The notes beneath the pieces are model-generated. The model made no database searches, had not been told where the DNA came from, and saw only the letters and a list, made by a program, of their open reading frames with translations. Positions 63,311 through 64,000 of a stretch of DNA of 64,000 nt are shown piece by piece. Position 1 is the first letter of the stretch; each line of letters starts with the position of its first letter. A program made the position numbers and the translations under genes. The stretch comes from Clostridia bacterium (GTDB lineage: Bacteria > Bacillota > Clostridia > Christensenellales > CAG-138), in the NCBI GenBank assembly GCA_017547885.1, contig JAFYOP010000006.1, forward strand, positions 34,530 to 98,529, in the 5' to 3' direction.

Positions 63311-64000
63311 TTATTCCACTACTTCTTCTGCCACTTCTTCTACAACTTCTTCAAGCAGGCCGCCCTCAGCTTCAGCGGAAGCCTTGATGGCAGCGCCGTC
63401 TGCGCAGTAGTCACAGGGGTCATTGCGCTTTGCTTCAAAGGATTCGTCCATGCTGCCCTCGTAGAGCACCTTGGAGCGGGCCAGAGTGTGGCAGTCCTGA
63501 TCCAGGTGATAGCTGCGGCCGTACTGAGTCCAGTATACCACATCGCCATAGCCAAGCTCGGCAGCCTCGCTCTTTGCTTCGGCAAGATCCTCAGCAGAGG
63601 CGGGGTTGTAGTCGATGGAGGCAGCGCCTGCAATAAGCAGAGCGATTGCAGCAACTACGGATACGATCTTCTTGGTCTTCTTGTCCAGATCCTTGTTCTT
63701 CAGCAGGATAACGATAAGGGGCACAAAGGCGATGATCGCAGCAATGAGACCCATCTGGCTGCACAGGAAGAACCAGAGCTTGTTCTTTTCGGAAGGAGGA
63801 TTGATGCGGTTTGCCTTCTTCCAGAACAGGGAGCCTACAATGACGAATATCATATCGATAATAAGACCGCCGATAATAAAGGTCTTAATATCCAGCTGAG
63901 GCAGCCAGTACAGATAGCCGTTAAGGCGCAGAATTACGATTACTTCTGCGGCGAATGCCAGCAGCCAGAAGAATATGGCCAGCAGGCGCTTGCCGGTAGC
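63311..64000 (-). CDS. Partial membrane protein with C-terminal His/Cys metal-binding motif
   Basis: Frame is open to the window edge; several TM helices, then YWTQYGRSYHLDQDC...PCDYC. Confidence 0.7.
   Translation of the reverse strand, partial: ATGKRLLAIFFWLLAFAAEVIVILRLNGYLYWLPQLDIKTFIIGGLIIDMIFVIVGSLFWKKANRINPPSEKNKLWFFLCSQMGLIAAIIAFVPLIVILLKNKDLDKKTKKIVSVVAAIALLIAGAASIDYNPASAEDLAEAKSEAAELGYGDVVYWTQYGRSYHLDQDCHTLARSKVLYEGSMDESFEAKRNDPCDYCADGAAIKASAEAEGGLLEEVVEEVAEEVVE

Overview
A 64-kb chromosomal segment from a spore-forming, anaerobic Clostridia-type Firmicute, made up mostly of housekeeping genes. The first half (1-30.5 kb) is entirely on the + strand: THF riboswitch-folT, yaaL-bofA, cobB, a CDF transporter, a degenerate glmU, a SEC-C protein, a beta-CASP hydrolase, T-box-pheST, pcrA-ligA and the conserved yicC-remA-gmk-rpoZ-coaBC-priA-def-fmt-rsmB-rlmN-stp-prkC-rsgA-rpe cluster. 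An IS3-family element without target duplication (30499-31805) marks a switch in gene orientation and apparent GC skew. The second half holds a trxA/Crp-Fnr/desulfoferrodoxin module, rsfS/nadD-yqeK/yhbY/obgE/nth, a LysR-activase-hypD-proC hydroxyproline locus, pncB/lgt, T-box-proS, ruvCAB, a bofC-like gene, ygeY-ygeW with a D-aminoacylase-like gene, a ymfI-like SDR, ACP and a ComEC-type MBL protein. I saw no CRISPR array, prophage, rRNA, tRNA or defence island, and nothing I can confidently call a new multi-gene system. The best leads are a THF riboswitch variant with an inserted hairpin, a GlmU lacking its uridyltransferase sugar-binding motifs, an identically spaced Crp/Fnr-type box defining a small redox regulon, an unexplained structured RNA after proS, and the IS-linked orientation switch. 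All calls come from motif recognition by eye; no database searches were run.
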